A DNA stretch of 64,000 nt from Tricharina praecox. Its lineage: Eukaryota. Below are positions 36,285 through 48,643 of the stretch, one piece after another. Positions within the stretch are counted from its first letter, which is position 1. Every line of letters starts with the position of its first letter. The stretch lies in contig NW_026250431.1 of NCBI RefSeq assembly GCF_024521635.1, positions 434,001-498,000 of the forward strand. Reading direction: 5' to 3'. A program made the position numbers and the translations under genes. The notes beneath the pieces are model-generated. The model searched no databases, was not told the origin of the DNA, and was given only the letters and a program-made list of their open reading frames with translations.

Positions 36285-38811
36285 ATGGCCGGCAGGAAGA
36301 ATTTCTTCGCCGTTCGATTCGGACGGAAGCCTGGCATCTACACTTCATGGTACCCGTCCCGGAAAGTGACCGATAGGCAGCGGGAGGGGCTAACTTGGAG
36401 TTGAAGGGCCGAAGCACAGCCGCAGGTCGAACGATTTCCCGGCGCAGCCCACAAGGGCTTTGCGACTCGCACAGAAGCGGAGAAGTGGTTGGGGTATGAC
36501 GTTTATGCGAATAGTTCTCCGCCCGAGGTTGTTGACCTCACGGATGGTGATGGTGATGGTGCCGGTGATGGCGGGGACCGTGAAACCCCTGCGGGTGCGG
36601 TGGTGCCGTCGATTGGGAGGGAGTACGCGCCCCCGGACCCCCTATCGCGGCCGCGGAAGCGAACGCGTCAGGCAAAGCTGGCGAGTGGACGCGACGATGA
36701 AGAAGGGGACAGCAGTCCTTTCTTCTCTTCGTCGCTGCCTCTGCCCAAGCGAAAGAGGGCCACTGCGAGGGTGGCTGTTGATCTTACGCAGGATTCTGAT
36801 TGTGATAGTGGTGATGATTGTGTGCTGTCGGCGCCGCCACCACGGCGGAAGCCCGAGCCCAGTGGGGATAGTCGCCTCCGCCACGCGATTGACCAATCAT
36901 CTTACGGCGAGGACGATTGGGCGGCTCCTCGTGAAACCCCGGAAGCTCCTGCGGTGCCGCGGCCGACCATCCCGCTTTCACCTGAGCAGGACCACGTGCT
37001 GCAGCTGATCCTCGACGGAAGAAACGTCTTCCTCACCGGACCTGCGGGAACGGGAAAGTCGTTGATCCTGCAACACGTCAAGTATCATTTGTCAAAAAAG
37101 AAGATCAGGCATGCCATCACCGCGCCAACAGGGGTTGCGGCGGTACAACTCGGCGGAAGCACCATCCACAGCTTCTCGGGAGTGGGACTCGGCGAAAAAG
37201 GAACGAAGGATTATATCGGCATGTCGTTGACTAAGAAGACGGCAATCGGACGCGCGAGAAACAAGTGGCTCGAAACGGACGTGCTCATCATCGACGAAAT
37301 CTCGATGCTGAATCCTGATTTGTGGGAGAAATTGAATGCCATTGCGAAAGGCATTCGACGCAACGAGCAATTCTTTGGCGGAATCCAGGTGATTGTCTGT
37401 GGAGACTTTTTCCAGCTGCCACCCGTCCCTGACAGGGTCAGAACATGCCAGTATTGCGGTAGGCTTCTTCCCCCAGTCACTCGTACTCTGTTGGCAGGTC
37501 TTAATGCATTCAGGCCATATTCTACCGAGAAAAGGTCAACGCACCTACGAGCCGACTCCCCCGAAGAACGCGTTCGCCGCAGTCGGAATCGACCCGAAAA
37601 CGTGGTCTACATGTGCCAAATGCAGTCACCCCTGGAACGATGGCCTGAAGTACGTCTTCCAGACCAGGTCATGGAAGGAAGCGCAGTTCGCCACCGTTCT
37701 CCTCAGCAAGGTGCATCGTCAACGGGAGCCAAAATTGGTTGAGATGTTGACCCAGATCAAGCTCGGCGTCCTCGATGAGGAGATGGCAAACTGTCTTTGG
37801 TCTCTACGTCGCCCGTTGGAGGTGATCGAAGGTATCAAGCCTACAAGGCTCTACACCCACCGAGCGAACGTTCAAACCGAGAACCAAGTCGAGTTCGGAA
37901 AGATCCAAAAGCCGGAGTTCGTTTTCGAGGCTATGGACACGGGGAAGATAATCATTTCCAAGAATAAAACCAGATGGATGGGGGAATCGGAACTCGAGAT
38001 TCCCTTCTTCACCAACCTGCAGTCATCCAAGACGTTGAAACTGAAGGAGGAATCGCAGGTGATGCTGTTGAAGAATATCAATCCCACCAGTGGACTGGTG
38101 AACGGCTCCCGCGGCATCATCGAAAACTTTGAGGAGTACACATTGGAGGGACTACTCGGAATCGCTGCCGACGGTGACCGCGCCATGTTTGAGAGATACC
38201 ACGCCGAAAACCACGATACGAAGACAGGAATGGTGAATCTCCCTTGCGTACGCTTCATCGGGCACGACGCGGATATACCGATGGGCGCGAGAACCGTCCT
38301 TCCCGCTTCATGGACGCATGAAAGCACGCTTCCGGACGGGTCGACACAGAAGCTGGAGCGTGTCCAGCTGCCGCTCGCGCTTGCCTGTAAGCCCACTCAT
38401 CCCACTTGCCCTTTCTCTCCCTCTCTCTCCACGCCACTAATACCATGAAAAGGGGCCGTAACAATCCACAAAGCACAGGGCCTATCACTCGATTTCGTAT
38501 CCGTCGACATCGTGAAAGCATTCGAGCCAGGCCAGGCATACGTCGGTCTCTCCCGCTGCCGTTCGCTGGACGGACTACAGGTCCTGGGCGATAGCCTGGA
38601 GGGAATGCGGCGGGCTATCAGATGTTGTCCTACGGTCGCCGCATTCCATCGCATCGTGGTGCAGACGTGGGAGCACGATTGGAACAAGCGGCGGCGCGCG
38701 GGTGAAGTGAAGGCGGATGGAGAAGAGGGGGAGGAGGAAGATAAGACCGAGGGGGAGGGTGTGCAGGAGGAGGTCAAGTCGGCTTATTTTGTCGATCTTC
38801 AGGGCTCTTAG
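36285..38811 (+). CDS. Pif1-family 5'-3' helicase with N-terminal RNase H1 hybrid-binding (Cauli_VI) domain, ~782 aa (exons 36285-36349, 36407-37458, 37514-38386, 38453-38811)
   Basis: GPAGTGKS, APTGVAA, TIHSFSG, DEISM, GDFFQLPPV, HRQ, GLVNGSRG, QLPLALAWAVTIHKAQGLSLD, GQAYVGLSR; spliced N-terminus MAGRKNFFAVRFGRKPGIYTSWAEAQPQVERFPGAAHKGFATRTEAEKWL. Confidence 0.92.
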
Positions 38812-40374
38812 TCTACGGATGTCTGCGATGGTTTCTGTGGCTCGTTTATTCGACGACCGACGCTGGAACGCAGGGCGTTTTTTGGGCGTTTTTTGGGCTT
38901 CTTTTGGGCTTCTTTCGGGCTTCTTTTGGGCGTTGTTCTTTTGGATGTTGGATTATCATCTGGGAACAGGGAATTCTTGAAGGTTGCTGGATCCGACATG
39001 GTGTCGCGGTGGATCATGGTTCGTTTATGAGTCCGTAATTGAAGGAATTTCGTACGGAAACTCATCAGATTATTGACTGTCAAAGTTGGACGTACAGAAA
39101 TGATGGTCCTGAGGATACATAGCCTTTCAAGTGGTTAAGGTGCAGATGTGATGTACATAGGGGGAAATTTGAGGTAACTGTTTCTCCACATCTATCTCAT
39201 GCAAAACACCGAACCGAAAGCCAGTGGCCACGATCCAAATCCCCACTGAACGGCCAGCACCGCCTCGACATCGTTGAGTAGAGTAAGACCTAGGTACTAT
39301 TACACTGCGCAAGCCGTGTGCCGACTTTCTTGAAGGAATGAGCAGCCAGTTGGCGGTACTTGACTGCTTCCAGGCCACTTGACTGGGCATGATGTGGACT
39401 TCAAACCTTCCTTCACCTTCACCTTCACCGGTATTTCAGAGAATGATGCCGGTGGGTCCGCTTTGTCCTTGTCTTTCTTTGTAAGTCGGGATCGATGGCA
39501 TTCCCGATCTACGGTAGCTACCTATTGGTATTCTTTTGTCGGACGTCCGGCGGGGATACCTACGGTATGTACTACGGAATGGATGGAGGTTGGATTACGA
39601 CCTCTCCCCCGCCGGCTGATGATCGTTGTCGAGTCCAGGCCGCACCCTTTGTCCGGGCCTCTTTGTTGTGGACTTTCGTAGAAGTGGATTTCTGTACATA
39701 CTGTTGACCAATGCCCGAGCCGCTTTGTTTTTTATCCATTCTTTTGATCGGGGAATCCGATGCTTCGTTTTTGGCGTTTCTTTGTTTGAAGCTGGAGCAG
39801 ACGAGTGACCGTGATGATGCAGAGCCGGAATGCTCTCAGCGTGGGGGTGGTTTTCTCATCCGGTCCTTTGTGTGCACATATTCTCGTCCCGATACTGGGC
39901 GGGTATATATACCGACACCGCAAGCGGCATCAATGATCCAGAAAACCAATACCGTTCCTCCGCCGCTCCAGCTGCGAGAGACACACAACCGGCGATACCC
40001 CAGCCCAGCAATGCAACACTACAGAAACGCCAGCATCCTCTCCAGCGGCCTCTAACACCACGCCCCCTTGGGCCCTTGTTTGTGGAAAGCCGGCAGGTCA
40101 GACATTCATTGCACTCGCGACTTCCGACATGTCCACGTCCACTCTCCCAGACTCGAGACGACGGGACGACGGGGCCCTACCTACTCTACACATCCCCGGC
40201 CAATCGAAAGCCTTAACGGCCGTGTTTTACAATACTTTGTCATTGCCGCCAGGAGGGGCAGGGGGAGATCACTGCTGCTCGACTCGACAGATAACCTCTT
40301 GCGGTTGGTTCATGGTTCCGGTGAACGAACGCTACTTATCCGACACGTCTGCGCATCCCCGCACTGCGCACTGT

Positions 40375-41660
40375 GGCTGCCGACCGACCGACCGAACGTC
40401 CGACCGGCAATCAGGAATATGGTATTATGCCGTTCTGCCGCATGGATACGTGCCAGTATCCAAAAATTTCTCTGGAACCGTTATCCGGACGTCAATGCCC
40501 ATGTGTCAGTGATAAGAAGAAATTCGGACCGGAACGTCAATGCCAATGTATCACCGATAAGAAGAAATTCGGACCGGAAGGATTCAAGAATCAGTAATAT
40601 CGAGTCGCTTTGCCAGTGGGTTCTTGACGAAACGTAATGGGCGGGAACGGTGCGGATCATGGTGGGTCACGTCGACTCGTTCTGCCAGTGATTTCAAGAC
40701 ATATCCGGGACGCGGAGGGGATTCATCGAGTCACTTCGCAATGTATGGGCCATTGACGAATTATCTGGAACGAGGCGGAAGGGTCAATCGAGTTGTTCTG
40801 CCATAGATTTCAAGAAATATTCCGGGACGAAGCCGAAGAATCACAAGTAATCCGGAACGAGGCGGGAGGGTCAATCGAGTTGTTCTGCCATGGACCATCG
40901 ACAAGTAATCCGGAACGAGGCGGAAGGGCCAATCCAGTTGTTCTGCCATCAAAATCAAGAAACATCCGGGACGAGGCGGAGCTTTTGAGGGGTTGGAGTA
41001 TCACTCCCGCCGGCCGAGCTCCCTAGCGTCAGCGTATGACAAAGTATTATCGGTTTGATTGAGAGCAAAAATCATAAATGCACAACCTCAGGACTACCAG
41101 TACTCACGTTTTCGTGCAACCACCGCAGGACGTCTCCTGTCGCTTCCAGGATGTCATCAGGGATTATAGACGGAAGGGGGCAAGCTTGCGCCTGCGGACG
41201 CGCTCCTGTTGATTGAATGAACGCACTCGCGACTTCCAACATGTCTACTGCCCCCAGACCAGCGGGTGAAGTACAGAATGGCAAGTTGATGCACTATTCC
41301 AGGCTACTGGAATGGAGATATATATGGGGAACCCTTAGGACCAGAGAGCGTGCAGCGAGCTCGCTTCTCTCGGACTCTCGAACACACTTTAGCAACCCGC
41401 AGCGAAGCCGCACGAAAAGACGTGAAGCCGACCCGCATGTACACTATATGAGAAGTTGAAGGACCACTCCAGCCTCCTGCCGGACGACTTCCAGCCAGCT
41501 GTATGCCCATCGCCGGTCGGTCGGTCGGTCGGTCCGCAGCGAAGCCGCATGAAAAGACGTGAAGCCAGCGTGAACAGTATATGAGAAGCTGAAGGACCAC
41601 TCACTCTGGACGATTTCACTTCCAGCCAGCGTCCAGCCAGCGTCCAGCCAGCGTCCAGCC
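40375..41660. repeat. Composite repeat region, possibly a non-autonomous element remnant
   Basis: 45-bp duplication at ~40487-40580; ggaacgaggcgg..ggg.caatc.agttgttctgccat x3 at ~40766-40950; duplication at ~41397-41470 / 41535-41602; inverted (CCGA)n blocks at 40375 and 41500-41540. Confidence 0.7.
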
Positions 41661-42789
41661 AGCAGCCCGCCAAGGCTCAGCCGGCCAGTCAAAGGCTCCG
41701 TCTGGCCCCAGTACCCGTACCTCGCCTGGGCCTCCGAAAAAGGTGGAGATTGTTTGCGATTCGCTCGGCGCACTCGCGGCTTTCGATATATTTGCGGTTT
41801 CACGCGGTGGAAGACGGGACGGGCCCGGCTGCGACCGGCTGCGACCGGAAATACCATTGTCCAGTGCCCACTGCGTGGGATTGCAGATATGGCGAGGGTC
41901 GTGAGCGTGTTTGAGGCGCCATACGCTGTGGGGTTTCGGAGGATGTCTGGTGGGGGGAAGGAAAGGAGGAAAGGAGCTATCAGCGGACGGCGGTGTAGTT
42001 GGGGGTTTGGGTTAGGTGTTGTTCCTGTAGGGCCGTGGACAAGGGAGGGGGTTTGGGTCAAAGTTGTGCTGCATCGGCAGGCCGGTGGTGAATTCTTAGG
42101 CTCTGGAGGGAGGCGGGAGAGTGCAGAAGAATAGGATATGCTTTGAGTGTTGAAGTTAGCGAATCCTCAAATTATGTCAACACCGAATTCTACTGAGCCG
42201 TGAAACCCATCAGTGACATCGTGTAACTTTATCTGGGCTGCTTCATTCCACTGGCATGCACCCTGTTCTGACCTCCACGAGGATAGTCTCAGCGACTCTT
42301 CGGGTGATTCTGGTGGGGAGGAGAAGCTAAGGGACTGGTACATACGTAATTATGTCACCACAGGGCGGTTTAGGCGGGCCCTTGACGGCCATTTTGTTTT
42401 GTTCCATCGGTTTTGTTCTGCGTCGGCTACCGCCTTTCCCTCTTACGTTTCCGCCGTCTTGTTGCTGTGAGGGAGAAGCAATATCAATATATTGTCGCAT
42501 ACAGCTTTACTAGACTACGGCGACTGTTTTCGTTGCTGCCATTTTTGTCGTGGTTGAATACCGTCGAGTGCCCAATCATGATCTGCAGGCAACAAAAAGA
42601 ATTCAGCGGTTTCTTTTGTTCTACTTCCCGTTCGCGCAGTCATCTAGATAAGTGCAAGTCCCCCGAACGGAGATAGAACCTCTCGAGTGAATCATTGCGG
42701 TAGTTACGGTTGTGGTTATGTAAAGTAACCGGTTGTCCCAGCCAGTCAGTAAACTCATCCTCACGGCGCAAACACTCGGAGAGCCACCC

Positions 42790-43593
42790 AAAATACCGGC
42801 TCTTGTAGGATTTGATCCTATCTACCGCTCCGGCCTTTACTCCGCCGCTCCGTTGCCCAACCGCAGCTTCCGCGCCTCCCTTCCTCCTCACAGCGCTTGC
42901 CGATTACCAGTAGGTACATAGTTACCCTCGGGAAACCCGAACGATTTAAGTCAAGCAGATACCTAGATCATCATCCTTTGAACGTTCCAGCCAATCAGTC
43001 GCCCCAGCAGGGCGGCGCCTTCCCTGCAGGCATCGTCATGATCCGCGCGATGTCCTTCTGCAGCAGCAGGCGCGTCAACACCGGCCGCCGCGAGATGTTG
43101 TCGCACATACACGTCCCTCCGTGTGCGCGGCGGACGTCCCTCAGAGAGGTTCCAGGTACGCGCTGATTCCTGAGAGGGCACTGGCACTGATGTGCGTGGA
43201 TGTGAGAGGCGGGAGATGGGGAGGGAATTAGTGAGGTTTGCTTCGGACGAGTGCGGGTGCTAGGTGGTGGTGGTGGTGGTAGTAGTGGTGGTGGTGGTGG
43301 TGGTGGTGGTTGCTTCATAGGTGAGGTTCTTTCTGGGGACAGAGGGGAGATGGATACTTACCTACCTTGTGTTCATCTACATATCGCGCAGGAAGGCGGT
43401 GATGTCGAGTCCCGGGTGTTGGAACTTGAAATATGTATACCTTCGATATCTGCGAGTGATCAACACGAGAAGAGAAGCGAAAACGCATTGTGAAAAAACG
43501 TCCTTTGCGGAGTGGAAACACAGGTCACGACCCCCGACCCGACGATGGATAGCGTGATGACCGAGGTGGAAGATGCTCAGTTGCGGGGCCATC
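42790..43593 (-). pseudogene. Frameshifted paralog of the gene at 46300-46686, including its upstream region
   Basis: RRPVLTRLLLQKDIARI versus PRPVLTRLLEKDIERI; homologous upstream non-coding sequence. Confidence 0.7.
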
Positions 43594-44188
43594 TATATAC
43601 TCCATGGTTTACCAGACTTTCATATCTACTAGAGGGATTTTGCAACGGGTTTGGGATCGAGTTGGAGATGAGACTTGGGGTGTAACGCTGCGATAGGACT
43701 GCGGTCATAAGACGTAGAACTCACCATGGCCCCTGAGACTGTGGTTACATGACTCGAATCTCGCGATGTATTGCTCCAGAACCATGCTCACTTCTCCGAT
43801 TTACACATCACATCTAAATACTCTACCAGTACGTGTATCGACAAGTAAGTCACCAACCAACCGATTCACCAAACATCGTAGCAGGGCGTCGACAAACACA
43901 ATACAAGCTCAAGCTCTCCTCTCCAGACAAAAAAAGCACAGACGGGGCCATGGGCCCAAGGCCGAAGAATGCATGAATGAATGAAAGCATGCGTACCTAC
44001 TTAAGAACAGTCAAGAAAGAAAAAACAACGCCATATAACCCCGTACGTAGAACGAAACCCAAAAACCAACCCAACCCCCGGCGGCGAAGAAAAAACACAA
44101 CAGGATTCCCCCGTCTATGCGCCGCAGCATCTACTCGTATCTATCGCCTGAAAATCCCAACCGAAACAGAAAAAACCCGCCGTCTGAC

Positions 44189-44931
44189 CTAACCGATCGA
44201 GAAGCTTTCGCCGCAGCCGCACTGTTCCTCTATCTCTCTATTAGCCACACTCCACCAGCAACCCGAGCGGGAGGGGGAAACCTACTGATATTAGGATTCT
44301 TAAACACAAACCTCGCCGACAATTTATCCTCGACCCAATCCATCTCGCTCCCAATGATACTAAACAGCGCATGGGAATCAATGAGGACCCTAACACCATC
44401 CTGCAGCACCTCCTCATCGAACTTCCCGGGCTTGTCCACGTACTCCAGGTGGTACGCCAAGCCCGAACACCCGCGGTTCTTGACCCCCACCCGGATCAGC
44501 TTCGGTGTCGGATCCGACATCAGCCCCCGCAGCTGCGCCACCGCCGGAGATGTCAATGACATCGCCGCCTTGCGTGGGCGGAAGCGCGTGCGCGTTACGG
44601 GCGCGGATGCGGGCGCGGGCTTGGAGGCTGTAGATGCGGGCAAGGGCGTGGGTGCGGGAGGGGGCGCGCCGGATAGGGAGTGTTCCCGCGACGGCAGCGT
44701 CAAAGATGACTCCACGCCGCTGCCCCGCGGCATAGGCACGTCGGTGTGCAGTGTCGGCGACGTGTGCGTGTGCGTTTGTAGCTGGCGCTTGGACGAGCCG
44801 ATGGAGGAGGAGTTTGAGTATGCTGCTCGGAGGGCGGGCGAGCTGTTGGTGGTGGCGGAAGAGGTGGCGGATGTGAAAACGGCTCGTCGCAGTGACATCA
44901 CTGGCGCGGCTAGGCGGCGGAGGGACGGCAT
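44189..44931 (-). CDS. ISA1: Mitochondrial iron-sulfur cluster assembly protein Isa1 (exons 44931-44286, 44229-44189)
   Basis: RVGVKNRGCSGLAYHLEYV, IIGSEMDW, FKNPNI/KEQCGCGESF. Confidence 0.96.
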
Positions 44932-46299
44932 GATGTGGTGTTCGGTTCGGCGGGCGGGGGTAGATATCTAGTCGTCGAGATCCTCGGACTGTATGGTATG
45001 GTATGAGTGGTGGTGATGGGGTGGTATGCGTCGGTCGGTGTATGGGGACTCGGGGGATAAGTCGTGGAGGACGAAGAATCAGAAACGGGTGGGCTGAGTT
45101 GCTTTTGGGCGGCCGGAGATTGCCGAGAGAGCCTCCCGCTTACGTGAACCTTGGTCCGGTGCGCCAATCAGCGCGCCCACATCTCTAAGCAGTGAGCACC
45201 ACCACCGTAGAAAGTATGTGTAAGCATTCGACATCGGAACATGGAAGGTTGTCCGACTGTCCGGCTGCCAGTCGCGTGCACGATGTGGCAGCCACGGCCA
45301 ATTGACGAAACACCTTCCGATTGTCCAATAATTGCGATAAAACACCTTTTACCTGTCAAATAATTTCAAAAGAAATCTCACGACATCAAGAAACATCTAA
45401 AATCTATCGTCCAAAATTCTCAGAGTTCTATAACCGCAGTGGCTCTTGCGACAGAAGAAGGTTTGCGGAGTAATAGCGTTTTCACCGGTTATCGCATCCT
45501 TCTCCACCACCATTTTGCCACGCCAGTGACGCCAGCGACGCCACCGCTTCAAACCGACCTCTTCCGGTCCAAACATGTGAACTCTAACTTGAGACTTTCA
45601 AACATAAAGCCAGCCGCTCAGACAGTATCGGAGATGTGTAATGTTCTCGTGATTGTTAGATGACTGGAAGCTAGGTTTTCTCAAGCGGTGCTTTTCGTGT
45701 GAAAGCGGCAGTGGCCGCTCGCATGTTGCGCGCGACTGCTGCGCATGGTTTGAGTTACAAAAGTCGCATAGAGTAAAAGTTAGGATAGAATGGCTTTTCT
45801 TCATCTCTACCTACGAGTACACATGTCTCACCGTACCGTAATGACTCCTTTAAGAAGTGCCATTTTGTTCGAGGGTTTTGCGCTTGTCGCATAGATGATT
45901 GCATGAACAGAAAGTAGAGCAAAAAAAAAACCGCTGCATTTTTGTTTCTTCTGTGGATCTTCGTTGAGCACTAGAGCGTGTTCGGCCACAACAAAGGTGG
46001 CAGCAGCAAAAATTCTTCGGCCCCGTCTATTTTTTTTTGTTCGGAGAGCTTGTATTGTGTTTGTGTCCTGCTCAGATGTTTGGCTCATTCATTGGTTGGT
46101 GACTTGTCGGTACACGTACCTGGAGTAGTTAGATGTGCAAATGGGAGAAGTGGGCATGGTTCTGGAGCAATACATCGCGAGATTCGAGTCATATAACTAC
46201 AGTCCCATGGGCCATGGCGAGATCTACGCCTTATCCACAGTTGCATCCCCAAAACACAAGCTCACCCCTCCGCCCGCTCCTCAGCCTGCGGGATCCTAT

Positions 46300-46686
46300 C
46301 TACCAGCTATCCCGTCTTTTCTTCTTTTCATCGTCACCCACCCCCACCCCCAGCCTCTTCGCCTCCCTCCTGACCGCGCGCCACAAGGCTTTTTGATTCT
46401 CCGTCCCCTTGTGAAACCCAAAGGCCTTCAAGCAGATCATGATGCGAACCAGCCAGTCGCCGAGCACAGCCCAGCCCTGCATCTCGATGATGCGCTCGAT
46501 ATCCTTCTCCAGCAGGCGCGTCAACACCGGCCGTGGCGAGAGGTCGTCGCATACCTCACGGTGCGCGGCGGATGTGCTCCATAGGTCTAGGTACGCACTG
46601 AGGCCGGAGAGCGCGGCGATGTGTGAGGTGGTGAGAGTGGCGAGGGTGGGCGGGAATATTGGTGTGGTTTGTGGTGGATGAGTCAT
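46300..46686 (-). CDS. Small hypothetical protein, possibly truncated; duplicated at 42790-43593
   Basis: ATG ORF with a recognisable paralog 3.5 kb away. Confidence 0.5.
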   Translation of the reverse strand: MTHPPQTTPIFPPTLATLTTSHIAALSGLSAYLDLWSTSAAHREVCDDLSPRPVLTRLLEKDIERIIEMQGWAVLGDWLVRIMICLKAFGFHKGTENQKALWRAVRREAKRLGVGVGDDEKKKRRDSW

Positions 46687-48083
46687 GAGCACTATGCGGT
46701 GGGCGGTGGTGGGTGCGGTTCTGGGGCAGGGCAGAGGGGAGGTGGAGGTTTATCTATCTGCCGAGCTGGAAGGCGGCCATCTTGAGACGAGAGTTGCGAG
46801 TGTTGACTACCTGAGATGCGCGTGGTCAACATGAGAAACGAAAGCGCATTGTGAAACGGCCTTTGCGGAGCGGAAACACTGGTGACAGGTCCCGAGTCAC
46901 GAGGATGGCGAGTGTGATGGCCGAGGTGGATGATGCTCAGTGACGGGGCAATCAGCTCCGTGGGTTATGATACCGTGCTGCCGTATCTTCATTCCACGAC
47001 TGTCTAATCTCGATGTGGCATCTCGTCTTCGCGTCTGGCATGTTGCTCGGGAATTGAGGCAGAAACACACCATGCAAAGGGAATCACCTCTCATCTCAGG
47101 GCGCTCGGCTAGAGATGTTTCGGATGGAGAACAATCGCGACAAGCTGCAAAGATGGCAGGTGTGCGGGGCCCCACGGTCCACGGCCCAAGCATCCCCGCT
47201 CTGGCAGAAGGCGGGCATCATCTTGTCGCTCGCTCGTTCGCGAATCGCCGCGATGTTTCGCTCAACCGTGGTGACGAGGGGTTTCGGCTATGTGCGAGCG
47301 CCCGGCCGTGCAAATCTCGGCGGAAGATTTCTTCCTGCAAGGAACGAGCTCTGCATCCTTGCCCGGTCAGGAACAGAAACCGCACAGGGCTAAGCGCGAT
47401 CATTTCGCGCTCCGCTATTGGCCAGCCAGTTCCAGGTTCCTGCGTCGTCTAATTTGCCGACGTGGTTCAGGGGCGGCATATGAGGAATCAACTATGGCGC
47501 TGGTGTAAGAATAGCGGACCCTATGTAAGAGGTTGAGTCTCCCCCGTCGCCCTCCGGTCTTCGCGCCCTTCAACCCACTCACTCTCTCGTGGAAAGCACT
47601 CAGTACTATCATACCCCATCCGTTTCTCTGCCGCAACCTCGCAGCGTCCAGTCTCTATCGCACCCGGTGAACTATTACTCGCACTTCCCCAACTCTTAGG
47701 TGAGTTCGTCCAGGCAGCCAGCGCAAAGACCCTCCCCCCCCCCCCACGGAGAAATCTCATCAGGTGGCGCAATCTGTGTGTCCGCTCAGACAACGCATCG
47801 AAACCCACAAAGATTGATTTTTTCGTCGCAGGGGTTTAGCCCCCGGATGGGGGTGGGATGGGATCACGGTTTCGGTTTTCTTCACTGGCTAACAACGTGT
47901 TTGACAGCGCGCCGCTTTATCTGTCTCGCACCTCTCGCTCGGTCATAAAACCCCACGGATCCTACTACTACTGGAAAAGCTCCGTTTCCTCTCCTCTTCG
48001 CACGTCCCTCCCTCGCTACCGACATATCGACCCTTTATCCACCTATCCACTCGTTCAACTCGACCTACTCTATATCGACCAAC

Positions 48084-48643
48084 ATGTTCTTCCAGAAGTT
48101 CCTCGCGCTTATCGCCCTCGTCAGCCTGCTGGCCGTCGTCCACGCCGACGCCGACGCCGAAGCCGCCAACGAGTACACCGTCACCGTCAAGACCGACGTG
48201 TTCTCGACCGAAGTCGCGTATGTGACGATGACCGGCGAGCCGCCCGTCGAGAAGCCGATTGAGACCGGTGCGCCATCGTAAGTTACTCTCCGCATCTGTC
48301 GCATCGCATCGTGCGTACATATCTTCGCATACTAACGACCCCCGCCCGCAGCTACTCCGTCTTCACCAGCGTCCTCTCCAGCGAAGTCGGCTACACCACC
48401 GGCACGCCCTCGGTATTCACCAGCCACGCCGCCAGCTACAGCACCACTGGCGTCGCCTCGGCTAGTCCCTCTGCCAGTGGCACTGTTGTCGCCTCGTCCT
48501 CCGCCTCCGGCAACAGCACCGCGCCCACCAGCTCTCCCTCCGCCGTAGCGTCTTCCGACCCCGCCAGCGGTGCTAGCACCCTCCACATGTCGGCTGCCGG
48601 CGTGGTGGCGCTCGTGTTCTCGCTGTTTGTGGCTGTTCTGTAG
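48084..48643 (+). CDS. Secreted Ser/Thr-rich, probably GPI-anchored cell-wall protein, ~161 aa (exons 48084-48277, 48352-48643)
   Basis: Signal peptide MFFQKFLALIALVSLLAVVHA; S/T/A-rich body; SGA omega-like site then hydrophobic tail; gtaagt...ctaac...cag intron. Confidence 0.88.

Noticed and set aside
36285..38811. Helitron RepHel interpretation of the Pif1 gene
   Set aside because: No HUH Rep domain or Helitron termini visible; the gene has ordinary introns and a different N-terminal domain
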